From: the human T2T-CHM13v2.0 reference genome, Homo sapiens
Length of the DNA stretch: 64,000 nt
NCBI RefSeq assembly: GCF_009914755.1
Contig: NC_060930.1
Strand: one strand, 5' to 3'
Shown here: positions 33,336 to 45,944 of the stretch, in pieces
Numbering within the stretch: the stretch's first letter is position 1
Layout: every line of letters starts with the position of its first letter
Notes under the pieces: generated by a model
Seen by the model: the letters and a program-made list of their open reading frames with translations, nothing else
Told to the model about the DNA's origin: nothing
Databases searched by the model: none
Position numbers and translations under genes: made by a program

Positions 33336-36004
33336 TGTGTCCGGAATTGGTGGGTTCTTGGTCTCACTGACTTCAAGAATGAAGCTGCGGACCCTCGTGG
33401 TGAGTGTTACAGTTCTTAAAGGTGACGTGTCTGGAATTTGTTCCTCCCGGTGGGTTTCTGGTCTCACTGGCTCAGGAGTGAAGCTGCAGACCTTCGCGGT
33501 GAGTGTTACAGCTCATAAAGGCAGTGTGGACCCAAAGAGTGAGCAGTAGCAAGATTTATTGCAAAGAGCGAAAGAACAAAGCTTCCACAGCATGGAAGGG
33601 GACCCGAGAGGGTTGCCACTGCTGGCTCAGGCAGCCTGCTTTTATTATCTTAACTGGCCCCACCCACATCCTGCTGATTGGTAGAGCCGAGTGGTCTGTT
33701 TTGACAGGGCGCTGATTGGTGTATTTACAATCCCTGAGCTAGACACAAAGGTTCTCCACGTCCCCACCAGACTCAGGAGCCCAGTTGGCTTCACCCAGTG
33801 GAGCCCACACTGGGGCTGCAGGTGGAGCTGCCTGCCAGTCCCACACCGTGTGCCAGCACTCCTCAGCCCTTGGGTGGTCGATGGGACTGGGCGCCATGGA
33901 GCAGGGGGCAGCACTCATCGGGGAGGCTTGGGCTGCACAGGAGCCCACGGAGGAGGGAGGCTCAGGCATGGCGGGCTGCAGGTCCTGAGCCCTGCCCCAC
34001 AGGGAGGCAGCTAAGGCCCGGCGACAAATTGAGCGCAGGGCCGGTGGGCCGGCACTGCTGGGGGACCCAGTACACCCCCCGCAGCCGCTGGCTTGGGTGC
34101 TAAGCCCTTCATTGCCTGGGGCTGGCAGGGCCAGCCAGCTGCTCCGAGTGTGGGGCCTGCCAAGCCCACACCCACCGGAACTCCAGCTGGCCCGCAAGCA
34201 CCGCGCGCAGCCCCGGTTCCCGCTCGCACCTCTCCCTCCACACCTCCCTGCAAGCTGAGGGAGCCAGCTCCGGCCTTGGCCAGCCCAGAAAGGGGCTCCC
34301 ACAGTGCAGCGGTGGGCTGAAGGGCTCCTCAAGTGCCACCAAAGTGGGAGCCCAGGCAGAGGAGGCGCCGAGAGTGAGCGAGGGCTGCAAGGGCTGCCAG
34401 CACGCTGTCACCTCTCAATCCCCCCTCTAAACAGGACATCCCAACTGCTGTTGGGAATTTGCCTGATGACCACTCTAGCTACTTCCTGCTGGATGGGGCG
34501 ATGAAGGGGCCCTGGAGTTGTAGTGTCCTCCAGAGGGGAGGTCTCTAGGCCAGGGAAAGTGCCAGTGGGTCGGTCCAGGGGTCCTCAGTAGAAGTTGTTA
34601 GTTGAACTCCTTTGGGATTCTATTTGTAAGACCATCTGTAGCTTGATGGCCTCGATTTGCTCAGTGATAGGCAATGGTCTCACTGCTTGGCGATGGTCTC
34701 ACCGCTCGGCGATTGTCTCACCGCTTGGCGATAGGCGAAGGTCCCTTTGTGGTCGCCAAAATGTGTCTGGAGTTGGTGGGTTCTTGGTCTCACTGACTTC
34801 AAGAATGAAGCCACAGACCCTCGTGGTGAGTGTTACAGTTCTTAAAGGCAGCGTTTCCGGAGTTTGTTCCTCCCAGTGGGTTCGTGGTCTCGCTGGCTCA
34901 GGAGTGAAGCTGCAGACCTTCGCGGTGAGTGTTACAGCTCATAAAGGCAGCGTGGACCCAAAGAGTGAGCAGTAGCAAGATTTATTGCAAAGAGCAAAAG
35001 AACAAAGCTTCCATAGTGTGGAAGGGGACCCAAGCGGGTTGCCACTGCTGGCTCAGGCAGCCTGCTTTTAGTCTCTTGTCTGGCCCCACCCACATCCTGC
35101 TGATTGGTAGAGCCGAGTGGTCTGTTTTGACAGGGCACTGATTGGTGTATTTATAATCCCTGAGAGCTAGACACAAAGGTTCTCCACGTCCCCACCAGAG
35201 TAGCTAGATACGGAGTGTAGATTGGTGCATTCACAAACCCTGAGCTAGACACAGGGTGCTGATTGGTGTGTTTACAAACCTTGAGCTAGATACAGAGTGC
35301 AGATTGGTGTATTTACAATCCCTTAGCTAGACATAAAGGTTCTCCAAGTCCCCACCAGACTCAGGAGCCCAGCTGGCTTCACCCAGTGGATCCCACACTG
35401 GGGCTGCAGGTGGAGCTGCCTGCCAGTCCTGTGCTGTGCGCCCGCACTCCTCAGCCCTTGGGTGGTCGATGGGACTGGGCACTGTGGAGCAGGGGGCAGC
35501 GCTCATGGGGGAGGCTCCTGCTGCACAGGAACCCTCTGAGGGGGGAGGCTTAGGCATGTCGGGCTGCAGGTCCCAAGCCCTGCCCCACAGGGAGGCAGCT
35601 AAGGCCCAGCGAGAAATCGAGCAGTGCCGGTGGGCTGGCACTGCTGGGGGACCCAGTACACCCTCCACAGCCGCTGGCTTGGGTGCTAAGCCCCTCATTG
35701 CCCAGGGCTGGCAGGGCCAGCCAGCTGCTCCAAGTGTGGGGCCTGCTAAACCCACGCCCACCTGGAACTACAGCTGACCTGCAAGCACCGGGCGCAGCCC
35801 CGGTTCCCACTCGCGCCTCTCCCTCCACACCTCCCTGCAAGCTGAGGGAGCCAGCTCCAGCCTTGGCCAGCCCAGAAAGGGGCTCCCACAGTGCAGCAGT
35901 GGGCTGAAGGGCTCCTCAAGTGCCGCCAAAGTGGGAGCCCAGGCAGAGGAGGCGCCAGGAGTGAGCAAGGGCTGCAAGGGCTGCCAGCACACTGTCACCT
36001 GTCA
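33336..36004 (-). mobile_element. ERV9 mini-provirus: 5' LTR12 (34762-36004), 344-bp internal remnant, 3' LTR12 (33336-34417)
   Basis: Two near-identical TG...CA LTRs in direct orientation; 4-bp TSD GTAG (33332-35 and 36005-08); tRNA-Arg PBS TGGCGACCACAAAGGGAC (34741-58); PPT AGAGGGGGGAT next to the 3' LTR. Confidence 0.93.
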
Positions 36005-37979
36005 GTAGCAGTCCTATTTTTTCATCAGATTTTAACTGAACTATCTTAGTATTTTTAATTATCAATTTAGAGGAGCTTATCACTAAATACTGTGGAATTT
36101 TAAAACGTGGAAATTTTTCTGACCTGTGTATGGCAAGAAAACACAATTATCATTAGAGTTAATATATACTGGGGACTTCCTACACTCCAGACACTGTTCT
36201 AAGCACTTTATAGTTATATCCCTTAATCCTCACAATGACTTAGAGTATGACCTAAATTATTCTGTTTTTATAAATGTGATAAAAAGACATAATGCTATTT
36301 CTAACTGAACCTTAGACAAGTTGCTTAAAGTTGAGATGCTAACTTTGTCATTCTGACAGTAGCACATGATTCTTGATCACTATGTTGTATGGCATCCTGT
36401 GGAAGATAATAGGAGATAACCTTATCTATCATGGTTAACTTCCAGCTTTTAATGAATGGATATCCAAACAACTAAGACAAAGCAACCTTGAGGAGCTTAT
36501 TAGATAATTATAAAAACTAACACATATGGGACCGTATCTCTTAGACATTTTGAAGTAGTTTGTAGATGTGGTGCATAGATTTTAGTTGCAATTTATTAAG
36601 TACAAGGTGGTAGTAGTTTCTGAAGGAATATATTCCCAAAATTTATAATAATTCAAAGGTAACAATTCATTCCCATTTTTCCATAGGATTGAGAATAAAG
36701 TTGAAGGAACAATTTCTGAGCACAAATCTATATGTATTTTTAGCTAATAGGGCGGCATTTTTTGGTGGCTGCCTCACTTTATTCAAACTGTGGTATTATA
36801 TTTTATTTCCATCCCAAGGTTCCTACTTTTTTAGGGCATCTTTTCAGTATTGGCACTAGCTTCATCACCTAAACACTTAGATGACGTTTATTTAGGTTAT
36901 TTTAAAAGGTTTGAAAGTATAATCATGGAGAATTTTAACATTTAGTATTTATGCACATCAGTTAAGGGTGTTCTGAAGTCATAAATGATAGTGTGATTTT
37001 TATGCTACTGGTAAGCATTTCTGGCCTCCAGCTGAAATTTGACCTCCATGGGACATAAGCATAATTACAATCTATAATTTGCTTGTTAGTCACTCAGAAG
37101 AAGCACCGCTGGCATTTGGGGCAGGAGAGTTCTCCATTGGCATAAGAAGATCTTTGGACTAGCAGCTTGTAAACTCTATCTGTATTCATTAGTTTTCTCC
37201 TCTGTGCCTTAGAACCATTGCTTTTTCTCACTGCAGCCTAGAGTCATTGCTGGTGATGATCTTCCAAAACCTGTAATAGTAACAGAAATTTTATTCATTT
37301 AACATTTTCATCGTGCTCTCACTCAGTAATGGTGCTGGGGAAACAACAATGGTGAACACCATCTCGGAGATTCTGGGAGGATGGCATTAGAACAGCTGAA
37401 GCATAATTTTTTAGACTCCCTTGATCTTGTCATAAAAATGGAGCCATAGGATTTCAGAATCAGAGTTAGCATAAGAAAATATGACAATAAAGACCAAAAA
37501 TAACATTCCTGATACACCGAAAGCATACCAAAAAGACACGTGCCTAGAACAGATAAACATTAACCTAATTTATCAAGTGAACTGAAATAAATTCAGAAAA
37601 AATGATAGAAAGTATAGGGGAAAAATTATAAATCAGAATTAGAAATACTGATAAATGTAAGTAGAGAATTCAAGAATGAATGAGACATAAAAGAGAAAAC
37701 CTTGCAGATATGTAGACTAAATTAGAAGAAACACTAAAGCAAATAAACAACAGATAATGCTTATGGTAAATAGAAGATAAAGAGAAAATTTTCAGAATCA
37801 TAAAAACATTTTTAAAAGGAATTGAGAAAAAAAAAACCTCAAAGAAGATACCATATGAGTATGGTAGTAATACCCAAAGATAACCAAAGCAATGGAACAA
37901 AATAAATTTTATAATGAGAAATTTTAATCCTTGTTATATTTAACCCATTTGTTCATTCAATGCTGTTATACATTCCCTT

Positions 37980-38388
37980 TGTTGTGGGTTGAATCTAGGA
38001 AAAGGGTCTTGTCCAATATAATTAAGGATCTCAAGATGAAGCATCCTGTATCGTCACGGGTACGTCCTAAATCCAATGACAAGTGTTCTTATAAAAGACA
38101 AGAGAAGGCACAAAGACAAAGAAAAAGCCACGTGAAACACAATAGAAGGCATAAATAAAAAGCCACGTGAAAGCAAAGGCAGAAACTAGAGCAATGCAGC
38201 TACAAAGAATGCTGACAGCTACCAAAAGCTGAAAAAGACAAGAAACCATTCTCCTCTCTTGTCTTCAGAGGGATTGTGGCCCTGCCAACACCTTGATTTT
38301 GTACTTCTGTCCTCCAGAACCATGACAGAATGAATTTCTGTTATTTTAAGCCAAGTAGGTGGTACAGCAGCCACGGGAAACTAATATA
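37980..38388 (+). mobile_element. MLT1 (MaLR) solo LTR
   Basis: ggccctgccaacaccttgattt...ttttaagcca...ggaaactaatata 3' signature. Confidence 0.75.
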
Positions 38389-38888
38389 TGTGGTTTGCTT
38401 TATATTTATGTTGGACAGCATTCTCTTAGATCCTACAACCAATTCACAGAAAACACAGGGCTGAGGAACCAGTTAAACTTCACCAGGGAATACAGTTCAC
38501 AAAATTTAGCCCATGGGAAATTCCACAGAGTAAACTATCTAATCTCCACAAATAAATTGAAATGGAAGCCTTCTATGGATGAAAAGAGACTTAGACATAT
38601 CAACCAGTCACAACCAGTTTGGAACCTGATTAAAACAAAATGTAAAAAAAAAACTCCAATTTATGAGAAAATTGAAAATGTGAACACTAACCATATGTTT
38701 GATATTAAGGAATTTATTGAGATTTTTTTAAAGTGTAGTAATGATATTGTACTCTTATGTATCTTTAAATCCTTTAGAGCTGTATACTGAAATATTTATA
38801 GATAAAATGATAGGATATCTAGGATTTGAAATAGCACAGGGGAAGCAGGAGAAGCAGATGGAGTTAAAGGTGTGACAGGATGGCCATG

Positions 38889-39224
<336 letters not shown>

Positions 39225-39596
39225 TGGTCCTGAGTTGATAATTGAAACTGGCCAATATGTATATGGGTGTTCATGATAACATTCTCTCTTACTGTATGTG
39301 TTTGAAATTTACTATAATAAAAAATAAAAACAGAGTCTGTTCCTCCATGGAGTTTAGATTCAAGTGAATAGAGCTCACAGTCCCAAAATCTTAGGCATTC
39401 AGAGAACAGCACATTCCCAGTAAGGGGCCAGACAACATTTTAGCCTTTATGGACCACATGTGGTTGACTGTTTTGTTGCATATCCTTTTGTTTTGTTGAG
39501 GTTTTGACCAATCTTTTAAAATGTACAAACAATTCACAGTTCTTGAACTGTACAAAAACATCCCATGGGCAATTGCTGACCCCTGCAGCTACCCTT

Positions 39597-39634
<38 letters not shown>

Positions 39635-40514
39635 ATTTAGAAGCCAAAATATATTTCTTGAGGAAGACTACTCTCCCAGCAATAGTTCTGCATCCAGTAT
39701 TTGGAAAAGACATAGATATAGCATCAACTTTATTGCTGAACAAGATTTAAGAGTTATTACTTATGTATATTTTCTGTGTGGCTTATTTACTTGTTCCCCA
39801 AAGCATACAGGCAATGTTATCATTGACTGTTGCTAGGACCATATTTGAAAGCAGTGCCATGTTTAATACCCTTTAGAAACCTGGAGGCTTGCTAATTTTA
39901 ATTTTATACTTGGCCTGCACACAACACATCCTTGATGTGTTGTCCCCATACTTGTTTTATTCATTTCTTATTTTCTTTTCATCTTCCTCTCTAAATTATG
40001 TATTCCTTTAATGTGGGAAACTGTTACTCTTTTTTTTTATTCTCCCTGCTCTAATGCCCAACATTACTTCCTTTTGACAAATTAAAATAGCAGGCTCTTA
40101 AATGTTCCTAAATAAATGAAAACAATTCAGAATTTCTCCACTACATGAAGTTTTATGCTGCTTAAGGAAGGTTGCTGTATTTGTTGTCATCAGTTCTGGG
40201 CTCTGCTAGATTTACACTTGGATCTTCCAGGATCTCTGACCCTACCAGCATTGGTACGTTTTGAGGAAGTGTTCATGTACATCTCCTTATTCCAGGGAAA
40301 TTAGATATCCTTATAACACATTAATACCTTGACATACCAGCTTTCCAAGAAGTCTCTTTTTTGAAAGAAACAAAAGTAAATTCACCAGTTGCTTCTAAAA
40401 ATGTTTTAAATATATATGGTGTTTTTTTAAAATGTGTATGTATAACAATATCTATTAGGATTTAATATAATAATGTGTTTAAGTTAAAATGTTTTTTTTC
40501 TCTTTCTGACTCAG

Positions 40515-40634
40515 GAAGAAATAGATAAAATGGTAGAGACCACAGAGTTAATGACTGGGAATATTCAGAGCCTAAAGAACAAAATTCAGATTCTGGCAAG
40601 TGAGGTGGAAGAAGAAGAGGAGAGAGTAAAACAG
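40515..40634 (+). CDS. CENPQ: CENPQ exon 7 (120 bp)
   Basis: tcag|GAAGAA...CAG|gtaatt; EEIDKMVETTELMTGNIQSLKNKIQILASEVEEEEERVKQ (coiled-coil-like). Confidence 0.95.
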
Positions 40635-40769
40635 GTAATTATTTTAAACTGTATTATTGGAATTTGGATATAATTTTTAATGGTTAAATTATGCAAAGAT
40701 AACTTTCGAGTATAATATGATGAGAGAAATCAGCTTTTTGAAATAATCTGTAGCTTTCTTCTACTTTAG

Positions 40770-40847
40770 ATGCATCAAATAAATAGTAGTGGAGTACTCT
40801 CTCTTCCGGAACTTTCTCAGAAAACTCTCAAAGCACCCACACTTCAG
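40770..40847 (+). CDS. CENPQ: CENPQ exon 8 (78 bp)
   Basis: ttag|ATGCAT...CAG|gtaagt; MHQINSSGVLSLPELSQKTLKAPTLQ. Confidence 0.95.
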
Positions 40848-40874
40848 GTAAGTGCCTATTTACCATATTGATTA

Positions 40875-43293
40875 CAGGCATACTTTAGAGATGTTGCAAA
40901 TTTGGATTCAGACCACAGCAAAAAAGCAAATACTGCAATAACGCAAGTCACACAAATGTTTTGGTTTCCCACGGCATATGGAAGTTATGTTTACACTATA
41001 CTGTAGTCTAGTAAGTGTGAAAAAGCATTATTTCTTTTTTTTTTTTTTAAAGGGACATACCTTAATTTAGAAAACGCTTTACTGCTAAAAAATGTTAACA
41101 ATCATCTGCACCTTCAGCAGGTCGTAATCTTTTTGCCAGTGGAGGGTCTTGCCTCAATGTTGATGGCTGCTGACTGATAGCGTGGTGATTACTGAAGGTT
41201 GGGATGCATGTGGCAATTTCTTAAAATAAGAAGACAATGAAATTTGCCACATCAGTTGATTCTTCCTTTCACGAAAGTTTTCCCTGTAGCATGTGATGCT
41301 GTTTCATAGCATTTTACCCACAGTAGAACCTCCTTCAAAATTGGAGTCAGTTCTCTCATTCCTTGTCACAGCTTTGTCAGCTAAGTTTTTGTCATATACT
41401 ATATCCTTCATTGATATTTCAACTATGTTCATAACATCTTCATCATGAATAGATTCCATCTCAAGAAACCACTTTCTTTGCTCATCCATAAGAAGTAACT
41501 CCTCGTCCATCCAATTTTTATCATGAGATTGCAGCAATTCAGGTACATCTTCAGGCTCCACTTCTAATTCTGGTTCTCTTGCTGTTTCCACCACATCTTC
41601 AGTCACTTCCTCCACTAAAGTCTTGAACTTCTCAAAGTCATCCATGAGGATTCAAAATTGAATCCATTTTTTCTAAACTCCTGTTATTGGTATTTTGACT
41701 TCCTCTTGTGAATCATGAATGCTCTTACTGACATCTAGAATGATAAATTTATTTTAATATGTTTACAATTTATTTTGCCCAGATCCATCAGAGAAATCAC
41801 TACCTAGGGCAGCTATAGCCTTATGAAATGTATTTCTTAAGTGATAAGACTTGAAAATTGAAATGACTCTTTGATTCAGAGGCTGCAGAACAGATGTGTT
41901 AGCAGATGTGAAAACAACATTAATCTCCTTGTATATCTTCATCAGAGCTCTTGGGTAACTGTGAACATTTTCAATGAGCAGTAATATTTTCAAAGGAATC
42001 TTCTTTTCTGAGCAGTAGCTCTTAACAGTGGGCTTAAAATATTCAGTAAGCCATGCTCTAAACAGTTGTACTGTCATCCAGGCTTTGTTGTTCCATTTAC
42101 AGAGCACAGACAACGCAGATGTAGTTGATTTAGTAGAATTAAGGACCCTGGGATTTTCAGAATGATCAGTGAGCATTGGCTTCAACTTCATGTCACCAGC
42201 TGCATTAGCCCCTAACAAGAGCCTAACAAAAGCATCTCCTTTAAAGCTTTGAAGCCAGGCATTGCCTTCTCTTTTCCAACTATCGAAGTCCTAGAGATAG
42301 CATCTTCTTCCAATAGAATGCTGTTTTATTTACATTGAAAATATGTTGTTTACTATAGCCACCTTCACCAGTGATCTTAGCTAGCTAGGTCTTCTGGGTA
42401 ACTAGCTGTAATTTTTCTATCAGCACTTGCTGCTTCACCTTGCACTTTTTATGTTATAAACACAGCTTCTTTCCTTAAACCTTATGAACTAACTTCTGCT
42501 AGCTTCAAACTTTTCTTCTGCAACTTCCTCACCTCTGTCAGCCTTCATAGACTTGAAAACAGTTAGGGCCTTGCTGTGGATTAGGATTTGGTTTAAGGGA
42601 ATGTCGTGGCTGGTTTGATCTTCCATCCAGACCACTCAGACTTCCCATATCAACAATAAGGCTGTTTTGCTTTCTCATTATTCATGTATTCACTGAAGTA
42701 GCACTTTAAATTTTCTTCAAGAACTTTTCCTTTGCATTCACAACTTGGGCGTTTGGCACAAGAGGCCTAGCTTTTGGTTTGCGTGGCTTTTGATAGGCCT
42801 TCCTCACTAAACTTAGTAATCTCTAGTTTTTGATTTAAAGTAAGAGACATGATTCTTCTTTTCACCTGAACACTTAGAGGCCATTGTAGCATTATTAACT
42901 GGCCTAATTTCAATATCGTTGTGTCACAGGGAATAGGGAGGCCCAAGGAGAGGGAGAGAAACTGGGAAATAAATGGCCGGTTGGTGGAGCCGTCAGAACA
43001 CATAACAATTACCAATTCAGTTCACTGTTTGATATGGTTGCAGTTATGGCACCCAGAACAATTACAGCAGTTCCATCAAAGAACACTGGGCATAGATCAC
43101 CATAACAGATACCGTAATAATTTTTAAAGTTTGAACTATTACAAGAATTACCAAAATGTGATGTAGAGATACAAAGTGAGCATGTGCTTTTGGAAAAATG
43201 GTGCTGATAGACCTCCTTTGCACAGAGTTGCCACAAACCTTCAGTTTGTAAAAAATGCAGTGTCTGGGAACACGGTAAAATGAGGCATCCTGG
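40875..43293 (-). mobile_element. Tigger1 full length (~2.4 kb), decayed transposase
   Basis: ta|caggcatac TIR at the left, degenerate TIR at the right; ORF fragments [15 protein letters not shown]...WNNKAWMT...LQPLNQ; colinear with the 16161-18505 copy. Confidence 0.92.
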
Positions 43294-43796
43294 TATATCA
43301 TAGACCAATTATACATTACATATATGAAAACATTATGTCCTATTTCGTTCTTTAAACAAATGGAACCTGATATAAACTGTTTGGCAAATTACTTTTCTCA
43401 TTCGACTGTATAGTTTGAACATCTTGTCAGTCACGTAGATCTCTCATTTTTGTTGATAGCTATGTAACATTCTGTTGCATGGAGGTCATATAATTTGTAA
43501 ATTACTGATGGAAATACATAATTTTTTTAATACAGGTAAGACTGGGTACACCCTTGTACATATGTCTTTACTGATTTGTATAGTCATAATTGTAGGATAC
43601 ATTTCTAGAAGTAAATACTGACAGTTTGGTTTTTTTAATGCTTCTAACAATAGCATATAACTCCTTATAAAATAGTACTGTCTTATTTGTAGTAAACTAT
43701 TTCTTCCAAGGGCTCTAGTAGACATTGTAGTGTAAATGTTTGTAGCATTGGAAAGTCTTCATGTTTTCTCAAGAAGTAATTTGAAATTTTCCTATT

Positions 43797-44107
<311 letters not shown>

Positions 44108-44306
44108 TCCTATCATTTACCAGTGGTGAAAGGAGCAGGATGGGGAGAGGGAGAGATAGATTTGAAAGAAGAATGGCGATTCGTTGACAATTATTGAAGT
44201 TGGATGATAGATACTTAAGGTTTATTTTACTGTTCTCTCTAACATACATTTGAGATTTCTCATAATAAAATGTTAACAACTACATTTAATACTATCTTTC
44301 CCACAG

Positions 44307-44438
44307 AAAGAAATTTTGGCGCTAATTCCAAACCAGAATGCTCTTCTAAAGGACTTGGATATTCTTCATAATTCATCACAGATGAAGAGCATGTCAACCT
44401 TCATTGAAGAAGCCTATAAGAAACTGGGTGCATCTTAA
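44307..44438 (+). CDS. CENPQ: CENPQ exon 9 coding part to TAA stop
   Basis: acag|AAAGAA; KEILALIPNQNALLKDLDILHNSSQMKSMSTFIEEAYKKLGAS*; coding exon lengths sum to 807 nt = 268 aa + stop. Confidence 0.96.
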   Translation, partial: KEILALIPNQNALLKDLDILHNSSQMKSMSTFIEEAYKKLGAS

Positions 44439-45244
44439 AGAGTGTTTTTTTTTTAGATTGTTCCATATTAATTTAATGTTCGTGAATTTGTAAAACTGTT
44501 AACCTATGATTATATGTACAGAGGCTAAGGCTTCTGCAGGATTTATTATCTCCTGATATGCACTTTAAAATTAGTCTTTGTAGTTCTATCATTAGCATCT
44601 AGTGTAGTTCTGAAGACTGTTTTTAGCAGTTGCCAAATCTAGGAAACTAACATTTATATTGCTGTATCTATAAGTATTTGCCTAAAACCATAAAATAGGA
44701 ATTGCCTTAAGGATCTAATAGTTTATAATGCCTGAATGGAACTCATTTATTGGTTAACAGCTCATATCAGGAGCTGTGATAAGTAAGTGTTTACATACAC
44801 TGTCTAGTGCATAAAAACCTTAGTGTTTGCTATCATTCATTCTGTAGCCAATGGCTTACAGTTTCTGTCTGGTCATCTGGAACTTGAAAAATCCTCAAAT
44901 GCCTTCACTCTTTTACCTAACTCCCTAGTCTTTTTGGGAAGTAGTTAAGATATGCCTGCTATCTTTAACTTTGGAGGTAGTATCAAAATTTTACTTCTTT
45001 GGTTGTTTAGTGAATTAATGTTGAATATTTTCTACTGTCATCAAAACATATTCCCAAAAAGTATTAAAAAGGAACCTTAGCACATTTATTTTATTAAAAC
45101 AAGAAAACCCAAAATATATAAACCTTTTCTTATTATGATAATAAGCTTATATATGTGAATAAGTTATAACCTAGTGTATAAAAAATTATTTCTAACAAAC
45201 TACAGTATACTGTCTTGGGTTGTTTTTTTTTTTTTAGTCTGTAA

Positions 45245-45250
45245 AATAAA
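45245..45250 (+). terminator. Probable CENPQ polyadenylation signal
   Basis: AATAAA about 810 nt after the stop, followed by T/GT-rich sequence; ATTAAA variants upstream at ~45063 and ~45093. Confidence 0.6.
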
Positions 45251-45944
45251 ATGACTGCAATTACTTTTTTATGTGACCTATAATATCAGTTAATTTGGGA
45301 GATGCCATAATTCTGTTAACACCCTTCAGGCAGAGACCACTGGGAACAAACCTGTAGTTAAACAAGTTGGGTTTTCAGTGTAGTGAGGAGATCACACATG
45401 AGGACCCTGGGGCAGCTCAAGAAAAGGGTCACAAGCAATATCCTCATAGGAATAATGGTAAAGAAGGCCTATTAATAGATTTTGGAGGAAAATAAAATCT
45501 CAAAGAAAAACCTGGCAAAGTGACTAAAAGTAAAGATTATTACAAAATGTCTTAAAAACCCTTCACTTGGAAACTTAAAGCTTCATGTTTTTAGAATGAG
45601 TAGTAGAGCCCTAACTCAGTGATTTTTAACACTAATGTTATAGTAGCTTTTGGTGGTGGGGGAGGAATTATGTATGCCATTTCTCTCAGGGCATCTGTTT
45701 AACAGATAACTGATAGTTAACTGGGATTTTAACTTACCATTGTTGCTGAGTGATACAGTTCTTCACCCTGTGTGAACTGGCCATACTACTCTTGTAGCTT
45801 TGAAGAGTTTATAATCTAACTTTAAGAGATCTACAATATCTTCTGGTAGGTAGCATCCAATCCAAAACATACACAGTATTTTCTTTAAATAAGACTGCAT
45901 TTTGGTGTACTCTTTGGAAAGAATTTAAGAATTAATTACAGATC

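Noticed and set aside
34660-34740. Short ~19-bp repeats and the 41-bp LTR12 array resembling a CRISPR-like array
   Set aside because: Tandem units with no unique spacers; normal ERV9 leader/LTR repeats in a eukaryotic genome
34741-34758. Sequences matching tRNA 3' ends (Arg here, Lys at 59822-39)
   Set aside because: Only 18-nt retroviral primer-binding sites; no cloverleaf
33277-36146. Dense cluster of overlapping 65-197 aa ORFs on both strands
   Set aside because: All fall in GC-rich LTR12 sequence and recur in both LTR copies; stop-poor repeat DNA, not genes
41304-42218. Tigger transposase ORFs inside a centromere gene, suggesting a CENP-B-like domesticated gene
   Set aside because: Both copies are broken by many stops and frameshifts; location in CENPQ is most simply coincidence
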